NCBI GenBank assembly: GCA_041661005.1
Contig: JBAZVG010000001.1
Coordinates: forward strand, 403,307 to 467,306
Source: Minisyncoccota bacterium
Lineage (GTDB): Bacteria; Patescibacteriota; Minisyncoccia; Phycocordibacterales; UBA9973
DNA: 64,000 nucleotides
Reading direction: 5' to 3'
How positions within the stretch are numbered: the first letter of the stretch is position 1; each line of letters opens with the position of its first letter. Below the pieces are notes generated by a model. That model searched no databases and was not told where the DNA came from. It saw only the letters and a program-made list of their open reading frames with translations. Of this stretch, positions 29,045-37,625 are shown one piece after another. The translations under genes were made by a program, and so were the position numbers.

Positions 29045-31207
29045 CTACTTCGCAATAGCAGTTGCTTCGTCGAATTTGACGGAGAGAAGTTTAGAGGCGC
29101 CATTTGCGCCTATTGTTACGCCATAGAGCACACCAGCACGGGACATCGTCTCGCGGTTGTGAGTAACAACGATGAGCTGAGAATGTTTGGATAATTTTTC
29201 CAACATATCGCCATATTTACGGGAATTTGATTCATCGAGAGCGGCATCCGTCTCATCGAGAACTAAAAATGGAGGCGGATTGACTTGTGACATAGCAAAA
29301 AGGAGGGCGATAGATGTGAGCGACCTCTCTCCACCGGAGAGAGCATGAAGCTCTTTGACTTTTTTATGCGGAAGTGAAACATTTATCTCTATTCCCTGTT
29401 CGAAAACAATTTCTTCCTTTGCCTCGCCGTAGCCTTCGGCGTAGGCGGGATCATCTTCCAATTCTTCCGGAACATTCTTTCTCTTTTTATTTTCAACAAC
29501 TATGGCAAGAGAACCTGTGCCACCACCAAACATCAGCGAGAAAAATTCTTGAAACTCCACATTTATTTTTTTCACACCTTCTTTAAATTCTATATCAATC
29601 TTTTCTTTCAAATCTGCTATAAGTTTCTGCAAAGATTCTATACTTTTAGTCAAATCTTCCATCTCTTTAGTCAAAAATTGATCCCTTTCAGACACTTCTT
29701 TGAATTCTTTCATCACTTCCGCGCCATTACCCATGCCCGCATCTTCCAACTTTATTTTTATGCGCTCAATTTTTCTCTTCTGCTCTTCTTGAGAAATTCC
29801 TGAATCAATTTCCGCCTCTTCAGCGGATCGCTGAAAAGACGATTTGTAAGATAAAATCTCTGATCCGATAAGCGCGACACCCTCTTTGATTTCATTGTCA
29901 AAGGCTTCAATTCTACTCTTCAAGTTTACTTCTTTAATACGCACAAATTCCAAAGCTGAGGATAATTCCTGATGTTTTACTTTGAAACTAAACTTCTCAC
30001 GTTCCAAATCACGCAAAGCTTCCATCTCCTCATTCAAGGCTTCTTTTAATTGCCTGATCTGGCTAGCAAGCTCTTTTTCTTTATTTTCCATTTCTCTCAT
30101 CTGTGCCAAAATGCCGGTCTGAGAATTTTTTAATTCAGACAATTCTTTCTCACCACTTTCCCTGTTTTCTAATTGCTCTTTGCTTATTTCCCCCAGTTCT
30201 CTGCCACATGTCGGACATCTGCCTGAAACCTTGGCTCTATTCTCTTTTGCTTCTATCATTCCCTCGATTCTGCCGAGTTTTCGCTCCATTTCACTTTTCA
30301 ATCCACGAATTTCATTCATCTGCCTCTCGATAATCTCCAATTCTTCTATTTTTGGATTTTCTTTGGCAGTATCAGCCCCTTCTGTGCTAGAAATTTTTGC
30401 GCTGATATTTTTAAGCTCGCTTGAAATTTCCCGATGCTCGACTGATAAATCGTTTTTTTCTTTTTCCAGATAAATACTTTCTTTTTTGAGATATTCTCTA
30501 TATAAAGTTGCCAACTCCCTCTGCATTTCTTTGGCTTTCTCAAATTTCTCAACCTGTTTCTTTAAAAAATTTAAATGAGGAGCATTCTCCCTGCGCAACA
30601 TGACAACCTCTTTCATGTTATTTTCTGTTTTTTCTAATTTCCTGACGGATTCTTTTATTTTATATTGAAAAATTTTGAGCCCCAATGCGTCTTCCACCAT
30701 TTCTTTTCGATCTTTTGGACTTGCATTTAAAATCCTGTCAGCTTCACCTTGGGAAATAATATGGTGCCCGCTTGAACCAATATTCACTGACGCCAAAAGA
30801 TTATGAATATCTCTCAAACGCACTTCTGTGCCATTCAAGATATATTTATTCAACCCATCTGAAAAAACTTCGCGAGAAATACTGATTGTTTCATAATTTA
30901 AATTTATGTTTTCTCCCCCATCGTTTTCAAGCTTGAAAACTTTATCCGAATTGTTGAAATATATAGTGACAGTAGCGCGCGACCCCTTGGGAAGATTCTT
31001 TGACCCTTTGAAAATCAAATCAGAACCGGATTTCCCGCGCATTGATTTCATTGACTGTTCGCCTAAAACATAGCGAATAGCTTCTACCACATTTGACTTG
31101 CCAGAGCCATTCGGACCCACTACGCAAACAACGGGATTTTCAAATTCCAAAGTTGTTTTTTGGGAAAAAGACTTAAAGCCATTTAGTTCTAATGTTTTTA
31201 GTCGCAT
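29045..31207 (-). CDS. smc: Short SMC-family ATPase with central CPTC motif
   Basis: GFKSF, GPNGSGKSN, LSGGE, LDETDAALD; directly downstream of rnc. Confidence 0.85.
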   Translation of the reverse strand: MRLKTLELNGFKSFSQKTTLEFENPVVCVVGPNGSGKSNVVEAIRYVLGEQSMKSMRGKSGSDLIFKGSKNLPKGSRATVTIYFNNSDKVFKLENDGGENINLNYETISISREVFSDGLNKYILNGTEVRLRDIHNLLASVNIGSSGHHIISQGEADRILNASPKDRKEMVEDALGLKIFQYKIKESVRKLEKTENNMKEVVMLRRENAPHLNFLKKQVEKFEKAKEMQRELATLYREYLKKESIYLEKEKNDLSVEHREISSELKNISAKISSTEGADTAKENPKIEELEIIERQMNEIRGLKSEMERKLGRIEGMIEAKENRAKVSGRCPTCGRELGEISKEQLENRESGEKELSELKNSQTGILAQMREMENKEKELASQIRQLKEALNEEMEALRDLEREKFSFKVKHQELSSALEFVRIKEVNLKSRIEAFDNEIKEGVALIGSEILSYKSSFQRSAEEAEIDSGISQEEQKRKIERIKIKLEDAGMGNGAEVMKEFKEVSERDQFLTKEMEDLTKSIESLQKLIADLKEKIDIEFKEGVKKINVEFQEFFSLMFGGGTGSLAIVVENKKRKNVPEELEDDPAYAEGYGEAKEEIVFEQGIEINVSLPHKKVKELHALSGGERSLTSIALLFAMSQVNPPPFLVLDETDAALDESNSRKYGDMLEKLSKHSQLIVVTHNRETMSRAGVLYGVTIGANGASKLLSVKFDEATAIAK
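29421..29449. repeat. 29-bp palindromic element inside smc
   Basis: gcctcgccgtagccttcggcgtaggcggg (PAYAEGYGEA); related sequence at ~56845-56871. Confidence 0.75.
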
Positions 31208-31226
31208 GATATGCCTTGTTTGTATT

Positions 31227-31937
31227 TTAATCCAACCAATTTTTTGCTTTTAATGCCGCTTCAGCCGCTTTTTGTTCCGCTTCCTGTTTGCTTTTACCTT
31301 TACCCTCGGCTATCAAATCATCTCTGAAAAAAATACCAACAGTAAAATGCTTGTCGTGGTCAGGACCTGATTCATGTAGCACTTTATATGCAGGCGTAAC
31401 ATTCACAAACTCCTGCGCTTTTTCCTGCACGAGAGATTTCGCATCGCGCCAAAGTTTTTTCGATACTATTTCTTCAGTCTTAGGCAGAAGATATTTTTGC
31501 AAAAACTTATCCACCACTTCTATCCCCTGATCCAAATACATGGCTCCAATATACGCCTCATAAGTATTGGCTAAAATATATTGCCTTGCCTTACCATTAT
31601 CTTTTGCTTCGCCTTTGGATAAAAGAAGATATTCGTTCATGCCGATACCTGTCGCAACTTCAGAAATAATAATAGCATTAACTAAAGCTGAACGCAGAGA
31701 AGTCAGTTCCCCTTCTGTATAATTAGGATATTTTTTATAAAGAAAATCAGTGACGATCAGCTCCAACACGGCATCACCTAAAAATTCCAGCCTCTCATTG
31801 TGCGACAGTTTTGTCCCCGGATTTTCATTTATATAAGAACGATGTATAAAAGCCTGCTGAAGCAAACCCTTATCTTTGAAAGTTACTTTGGTTTTTTTTT
31901 CGAAGTTTGAAAAGTTAATCATAGAATTATTTCCCAT
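31227..31937 (-). CDS. rnc: Ribonuclease III (start may be 31922)
   Basis: NERLEFLGDAVL signature; dsRNA-binding domain. Confidence 0.97.
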   Translation of the reverse strand: MGNNSMINFSNFEKKTKVTFKDKGLLQQAFIHRSYINENPGTKLSHNERLEFLGDAVLELIVTDFLYKKYPNYTEGELTSLRSALVNAIIISEVATGIGMNEYLLLSKGEAKDNGKARQYILANTYEAYIGAMYLDQGIEVVDKFLQKYLLPKTEEIVSKKLWRDAKSLVQEKAQEFVNVTPAYKVLHESGPDHDKHFTVGIFFRDDLIAEGKGKSKQEAEQKAAEAALKAKNWLD

Positions 31938-32925
31938 CTACGCGGGTAGGTTTAGTTATAATCTCAACTGCCTTGGCGATAAGCGGAATGATGTCATTAT
32001 AAATACGAAGTCCTGGCACCTCGGACATTTCAAACCATCTAGCTCCATCGAGCCCGCCGGATTTCTCCAGAACAAGCTCTTTATATTCGCTAGATGCTAA
32101 AAAGTAAACAACTTTTTTGAGACTCTTACCCTTTTCCGGGTGTGTCGCAACATATTCATTGGTGCCAAGTTTTTCTTCTATCACAACATCAAGCCCTATT
32201 TCTTTCTTGATGGCTTTCAATGCGCCTTCTTGTATATCTCCACCTGCTTCAATTTTTCCTTTTGAAAGAGTCCAGTAGCCAAAAACATCATGCACGAAGG
32301 CAAACAAAATATTTTCATTTCCTTTGAGGTTGGCGGGCTTTTTTGTATACACCAATGCGCCCCCTAAATTTTCAACCGGCAATTCATTGATATCTTCTGG
32401 TCCTTTTGTATCTTTTGATGAAACATCATTTCTTTTTTTATCAAATTTTTTTTGATGTTCTTTTTCCGGCTCACCGATCTCCTTATAGACAGTTCCGAGC
32501 ACTCCATTTACAAACTTTCCAGAGTTTTCGCCACCAAAAGTTTTCGCCAATTCTATGGCTTCATTGATTGCCACTTTCGGTGGCACTTGCATTCTATTAC
32601 CAAATAAAAGTTCAGCCAATCCAATTCGAAGAATGTTTCTGTCAACAATAGAGATTTTGCTTATTGGCCAATCCGGCGCAGCTTTTTCTATGATTTCATC
32701 AACCACGATGCGCCTTTTTAACACTTCTTCTAAAAGTAAAAAAACAAAATCATTATCTTCAAGCCCGGGAGCAAATTCTTTTAAATTCCTGCTTAGAATA
32801 TTTCTTATTTCTTTTTCATCAATAGGTTTGTCTGTATCGCGTTGCATCGCTTTGCGAGCCGACAAGAAATCCCACTCGAAAAGCGTCTGGAGTACTATTG
32901 ATCTTGAAAGGTGCCTATTTGCCAT
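31927..32925 (-). CDS. nusB: NusB fused to a degenerate NUDIX domain
   Basis: DRNILRI, VAINEAIELAK.FG, FVNGVLG; C-terminal WTLSKGKIE...KKEIGL. Confidence 0.85.
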   Translation of the reverse strand: MANRHLSRSIVLQTLFEWDFLSARKAMQRDTDKPIDEKEIRNILSRNLKEFAPGLEDNDFVFLLLEEVLKRRIVVDEIIEKAAPDWPISKISIVDRNILRIGLAELLFGNRMQVPPKVAINEAIELAKTFGGENSGKFVNGVLGTVYKEIGEPEKEHQKKFDKKRNDVSSKDTKGPEDINELPVENLGGALVYTKKPANLKGNENILFAFVHDVFGYWTLSKGKIEAGGDIQEGALKAIKKEIGLDVVIEEKLGTNEYVATHPEKGKSLKKVVYFLASSEYKELVLEKSGGLDGARWFEMSEVPGLRIYNDIIPLIAKAVEIITKPTRVDGK

Positions 32926-33037
32926 ACATTAGTTCAAAGTTGTAAAGTTCATAAAGTTAAAAGAAAATTTCAAGAAAAATTCAGACTTCCCTACTTTACA
33001 AACTTTCAAATTTCTTTTTGCTTTCTACTTTAATAAA

Positions 33038-33268
33038 CTAACTCTTCACTTCTGCTTTCTTAGCTTTTTCTTTCTTTTGCTTTTTCTCTGTTTTTTTAAC
33101 TAAATCTAAAACCTTTTTCCCACGATAAAACCCGCACGCAGAACACACTGTGTGACGTCTTTTCAAAGCTTTGCAATTTTCGCACTTAGAAAAACTCGTG
33201 CTCGAAAGTGCGTGGTGAGAACGCCTATTTCCCGTATGTGATCTTGTGCTTCGCATTCGTACTACCAT
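33038..33268 (-). CDS. rpmF: 50S ribosomal protein L32
   Basis: RRSHHAL, CENC...HTVCSACGFYRG. Confidence 0.95.
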   Translation of the reverse strand: MVVRMRSTRSHTGNRRSHHALSSTSFSKCENCKALKRRHTVCSACGFYRGKKVLDLVKKTEKKQKKEKAKKAEVKS

Positions 33269-33352
33269 AATGGGCTTATACTAACATATTATGGATGAAA
33301 AGCAATTATTGCAGAATTTTAGAATAAAAAATAATGTGCTATGATATGAACT

Positions 33353-35110
33353 ATGGAGAAAATAGACAAATCGGACAACATGAGGCATACTCTGGCTCAC
33401 CTACTAGCCGCATCAGTGGGAGAAATCTACAAGTTCGATAAAATCAAACTAACTCTCGGACCAGCTATAGAAAATGGCTTTTATTATGATATTGATTTTG
33501 GCGATGAGAAGATCACTGACGCAAATCTAAAGAAAATAGAAGATGTGATGCGCAAGAAATTGCCAAAATGGACGGAATGGAAACATAAAGAACTAACAAA
33601 AGAAGAAGCTTTAAATTTCTTCAAAAATGAATACAAAGCGGAATTGATAAATGAAATTGCAGAACGCGGAGAAAAAATAACTACATATACTTGCGGAGGG
33701 TTTACGGATTTGTGTCGTGGTGGACATTTAAAAAATCCAGCAAAAGAAATCGACCCAGAATCTTTCAAACTCGACCGCATTGCCGGAGCTTATTGGCGCG
33801 GAGATGAAAAAAACAAAATGCTCACACGCATTTATGGATTAGCTTTTGAAACAAAAGAAGAACTGGGGACGTATATAGCACAACGAACAGAAGCAGAAAA
33901 AAGAGACCACAAGAAATTAGGCAAGGAGTTAGATTTATTTGTTATTGATGAAAAAGTCGGCAAAGGATTACCAATGTGGACACCAAAGGGTACTGCAATC
34001 AAATTTGAACTTCAAAAATTTACTCGTGAACTCGAACAAAAATATGGATATCAGCACGTAGAAACACCTTATTTAGGAGGAGAAGAACTTTATCGTACTT
34101 CTGGACACCTAGATCATTATTCAAAAAACATGTACGCACCTATCGATATGGATGGTAATAAATTTTATCTGAGACCCATGGCATGCCCTCATCATATTCG
34201 AATGTACCAACGTCGTCCTTGGAGTTACAAAGAATTACCTATACGCTATGCTGAAATAGCCGACTATAATAGATATGAAAAATCAGGTGAATTGATGGGT
34301 ATGATGCGCGTACGTAAATTTCAATTAACTGATGGTCATCTTTTTGTAACACCAGAAGGACTTAAAGAAGAATTTAAACTTGTGTGTAATATGATTGTGG
34401 AAGGAATGAAAGGATTGGGTTTTATAGATATCGTATCGTACAGATTTTCAAAACGTGATCCAAAAAACAAAGAAAAATATTATCCAGACGATAATTTATG
34501 GAATCAAGCCGAGAATCTTATGAAAGAAGCACTTGATGAACTGAAGTTAAACTATGTCGAGGCGGAAGATGAGGCAGCTTTTTATGGTCCCAAACTTGAT
34601 GTCCAAGCAAAAAATGTTAATGGAAAAGAAGATACATTATTCACTGCACAGATGGATTTTTTATTGCCTGAAAAATTTGAAATCGAGTATATTGACCGAG
34701 ACGGCAAAAAGAAACGCCCAGTTATGATTCATCGTTCAACCATAGGTAGTCTTGAGCGTGTTTTCGGATTTCTTATTGAACATTATGCCGGCGCGTTCCC
34801 TCTCTGGCTCGCACCTGTGCAAGTAAAAGTCATACCCGTGCGGGAAAATCATAACGAATACGCAAAAAAAATTGCTGAAATGCTAAAAGAAAATAATATC
34901 CGCGTAGAGTTTGATGATAAAGATGAAAATCTCGGCACAAAAGTTCGCGACGCTAAAAATAACAAAATCCCCTACTGGATAGTCATTGGCGATAAAGAGA
35001 TAGAAGCGAAAAAAGTGACCTTAGAATCCCGCGACAAAGGCCAGCTAGGTCAGATGTCAAAAGAAGAACTAGTCTCAAAGTTTTTGGAAGAAATACAAAA
35101 TAAGAAATAA
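33353..35110 (+). CDS. thrS: Threonine--tRNA ligase
   Basis: RHTLAHLLA, DLCRGGH, RDHKKLG, RPMACPHH, FYGPKLD, FPLWLAPVQ. Confidence 0.97.
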   Translation: MEKIDKSDNMRHTLAHLLAASVGEIYKFDKIKLTLGPAIENGFYYDIDFGDEKITDANLKKIEDVMRKKLPKWTEWKHKELTKEEALNFFKNEYKAELINEIAERGEKITTYTCGGFTDLCRGGHLKNPAKEIDPESFKLDRIAGAYWRGDEKNKMLTRIYGLAFETKEELGTYIAQRTEAEKRDHKKLGKELDLFVIDEKVGKGLPMWTPKGTAIKFELQKFTRELEQKYGYQHVETPYLGGEELYRTSGHLDHYSKNMYAPIDMDGNKFYLRPMACPHHIRMYQRRPWSYKELPIRYAEIADYNRYEKSGELMGMMRVRKFQLTDGHLFVTPEGLKEEFKLVCNMIVEGMKGLGFIDIVSYRFSKRDPKNKEKYYPDDNLWNQAENLMKEALDELKLNYVEAEDEAAFYGPKLDVQAKNVNGKEDTLFTAQMDFLLPEKFEIEYIDRDGKKKRPVMIHRSTIGSLERVFGFLIEHYAGAFPLWLAPVQVKVIPVRENHNEYAKKIAEMLKENNIRVEFDDKDENLGTKVRDAKNNKIPYWIVIGDKEIEAKKVTLESRDKGQLGQMSKEELVSKFLEEIQNKK

Positions 35111-35112
35111 AT

Positions 35113-36003
35113 ATGGGAATCGAATTTGAAAATCAAAAACAAGAAGCGAGTCAATTTGTCAATCAAAAAGTAATAGATAAAGCGTATGAGAAAGCTCTGA
35201 AGGTGCTTTCTCAACCGATTGATCCAGAAGACTTCAAGGATATTTATCGAGACGTTGAAAAAGACATTGCTTTTGTTGAAAGAATGGAAAGAAAATTTGC
35301 TGAAGAAGCTGCTGGGGGGTCACTCGAAAAGCAAAATCGTATGAAAATCGCAAAAATATTTGAGGCGATTATTTTTCAACATGCTGAACAGAGTAATTGG
35401 TTTGGTGACACTGCGACAACAATAGAAGCCTCTCGTTTTGACGACATAGTTAATAAAGTTGACACAATAGTCGAATTTGGGGAAAGTGAATCACGAGCTA
35501 CCCACCTGGCACTTGCTATGGACGTGACGACAGCTAGTCGCTTTAGTGAGAAGTTCGAGCATATCAAAAAAAGTATTGAGCGAGGTGAGCTTACTAAGGT
35601 AAAATATTTCATTTCAGAGATTTTAGATATTCGCGGGGAAAAATCAAACATTCCACACGTTGTAATTGGTGTCGACCGGAAGACTACATTTGATGTCATA
35701 GAAGCATGGAATCGTGGTGATAATAAAAAACTAGCGAACCATCCAGTTCAAATAAAAATTCTCGCTGAAATACAAATTCAACTCAAAGCATTCAAGCAAT
35801 ATGCTGAAAAACTTGGCAAAGATGACGTTGTACGGGTATACGAAAAAACTCTCCGTATAATAGAATCAATCATGTCTGTAAAAGAAATCGACGAAAAAGA
35901 TTTAGCTGAAGCTGAAAAAGATGAATATTTTTCTGCTATAAAACAAAACGCTGAAGATATTGCCATGGGCATAACACCTTCAGGTATGACCGCTATTGAT
36001 TAA
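35113..36003 (+). CDS. Hypothetical protein, possible PD-(D/E)XK-like fold
   Basis: FEAI...SRFDDIVNKVD...LAMDVT acidic motif spacing. Confidence 0.5.
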   Translation: MGIEFENQKQEASQFVNQKVIDKAYEKALKVLSQPIDPEDFKDIYRDVEKDIAFVERMERKFAEEAAGGSLEKQNRMKIAKIFEAIIFQHAEQSNWFGDTATTIEASRFDDIVNKVDTIVEFGESESRATHLALAMDVTTASRFSEKFEHIKKSIERGELTKVKYFISEILDIRGEKSNIPHVVIGVDRKTTFDVIEAWNRGDNKKLANHPVQIKILAEIQIQLKAFKQYAEKLGKDDVVRVYEKTLRIIESIMSVKEIDEKDLAEAEKDEYFSAIKQNAEDIAMGITPSGMTAID

Positions 36004-36060
36004 AAAATCGATAAATAACTTACCCTTTATCTTTCTTTAATGTTTTAATAAAATTTTTTT

Positions 36061-36597
36061 ATGGATGAAAAAAAATTATTGGAAGCAACCTTGGGCTTTT
36101 TAGTAAGGGACGGGAAGGTATGGCTCGCAATAAAAACAAGAAATATTGGCAGAGACCATTGGAATGGTTACGGAGGTGGTGTAGAGCCAGAAGACAAAAA
36201 TCTAATAGAATGTCTAAAAAGAGAAACACAAGAAGAATGTAAAGTTGAAATTAAGGGAGAAACAGCAGAAAAGGTGGCTGTTATAGATTTTCACAACACA
36301 AAAAGTGATGGAGAAATTTTTGTATGCAAAGTTCACATCTTTTTAGTTAAAGATTGGGAGGGGGTTCCACAAGAAAGCGAAGAAATGGCAACTCCTACAA
36401 ATTTTAAAATAGATAATTTACCATTTGAGCAAATGATGCCGGCAGATAAAGAATGGTTGCCCTTGGTCCTTGAGGGTAAAAAACTAATTGCAGAATATTA
36501 TTACGGCCCCTTTCAAAAAGAACTTATTAAAGAAAGAAAAATAGAACAAATCGAAAAATTCCCAGAAGAACACTCAGGGGAATTCAGAATGCACTGA
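36061..36597 (+). CDS. NUDIX hydrolase (8-oxo-dGTPase-like)
   Basis: WNGYGGGVE....RETQEE Nudix box; MMPADKEWLP. Confidence 0.85.
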   Translation: MDEKKLLEATLGFLVRDGKVWLAIKTRNIGRDHWNGYGGGVEPEDKNLIECLKRETQEECKVEIKGETAEKVAVIDFHNTKSDGEIFVCKVHIFLVKDWEGVPQESEEMATPTNFKIDNLPFEQMMPADKEWLPLVLEGKKLIAEYYYGPFQKELIKERKIEQIEKFPEEHSGEFRMH

Positions 36598-36630
36598 AAA
36601 ATTAGTTATTCAAACTTAATAAACATTTAA

Positions 36631-36662
36631 TTTACTAGATTGACGACCGTTAGTTTGGTAAA
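36631..36662. repeat. 32-bp palindrome downstream of PaaX/Cas2-like gene 3
   Basis: tttactagattgacg-ac-cgttagtttggtaaa. Confidence 0.85.
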
Positions 36663-36677
36663 CAATCAGCTAATAAT

Positions 36678-37250
36678 CTAAGTTATTTTCTTTAAACTGC
36701 CCGTCTTGCTAATTTCAAAAATTTCCACAAATTCAAGAATTTTTAAGTTTTCCAAATCTTCAATAAAATCTTTCGGAACTTTCCCTTTCCCCATCCAAAC
36801 ACTTTGATGAATCATTCGAAATCCAAAATTTCTAATGACCTCTCTCAGCCAATTGCGCTTTCGACGCAATCTCTCGGGTATATCAAAACTTATTATTACA
36901 GAATTACCCTTATGATTCCGTTCATAAAACCTTCCGGGTAAATTATTTCTAAGTTTATTAAGTTTATCTATTCCCTTACCAGAAATCTTGAATTTATTAT
37001 TCTCTGTTTCAATAAGACCATCATGTTTCATTTTTGATATGAATATTGTCAATCTCCTTCTACTGTTCTGAAGAGCTTCTATTTTTTCTTTCCCGTCTTC
37101 AGAAATTCTTCTGCGCTTATTATACTCATAATTTATTCTACTAGAACTTGCTCCATAACCAGCAGCCAAAACTGCACCAAAGAAATAAACTTGATTCATT
37201 GCTCCTTGACATAGGAATTCTAAAGCTTTTAGTAAAATTTTTCCTCTCAT
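36678..37250 (-). CDS. PaaX-like protein (winged HTH + Cas2-like domain), paralog 3
   Basis: KISGKG wing; IISFDIPERLRRKRNWLR...GFRMIHQSVW. Confidence 0.8.
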   Translation of the reverse strand: MRGKILLKALEFLCQGAMNQVYFFGAVLAAGYGASSSRINYEYNKRRRISEDGKEKIEALQNSRRRLTIFISKMKHDGLIETENNKFKISGKGIDKLNKLRNNLPGRFYERNHKGNSVIISFDIPERLRRKRNWLREVIRNFGFRMIHQSVWMGKGKVPKDFIEDLENLKILEFVEIFEISKTGSLKKIT

Positions 37251-37259
37251 AACTTTAAG

Positions 37260-37291
37260 TTTACTACATTGACAGTCGTTAGTATAGTAAG
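37260..37291. repeat. 32-bp palindrome upstream of PaaX/Cas2-like gene 3
   Basis: tttactacattgaca-gt-cgttagtatagtaag; 25/32 identical to 36631-36662 in direct orientation. Confidence 0.85.
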
Positions 37292-37321
37292 GAGTTTTTG
37301 GAAGAAATAAGAAATAAGAAA

Positions 37322-37621
37322 CTATTTTATTTTCGTATCGTAAAATTTATACATAACTAAAGCCCCGTAAGGAATTATTAGAAAAAACAAAAATTCTTCA
37401 ATCGGTAGACCTAAAATTCTTATACCAACAAGGCCATCGCCTGGAAAAATCCAATGTTGTCGATATACAGCAAAATAATCCCAAAACATTCCAAATAAAA
37501 AAATATTTAGTGTAACATATAATCTTTCCTTCCTGGAATGGTATAGATGGATGTGATACTTATATTCAATAAATATCGTTACTATAAGTACAACCACTAA
37601 AATTGTTAGATATTCTGGCAT
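37322..37621 (-). CDS. Lycopene-cyclase-domain small membrane protein
   Basis: WDYFAV...WIF...LGLPIEEFLFF motif; three TM helices. Confidence 0.7.
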   Translation of the reverse strand: MPEYLTILVVVLIVTIFIEYKYHIHLYHSRKERLYVTLNIFLFGMFWDYFAVYRQHWIFPGDGLVGIRILGLPIEEFLFFLIIPYGALVMYKFYDTKIK

Positions 37622-37625
37622 ACTT

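Noticed and set aside
8805-37250. CRISPR-Cas locus suggested by three Cas2-like domains
   Set aside because: There is no repeat-spacer array, cas1 or effector gene. Each palindrome occurs only twice and encloses a gene rather than a spacer.
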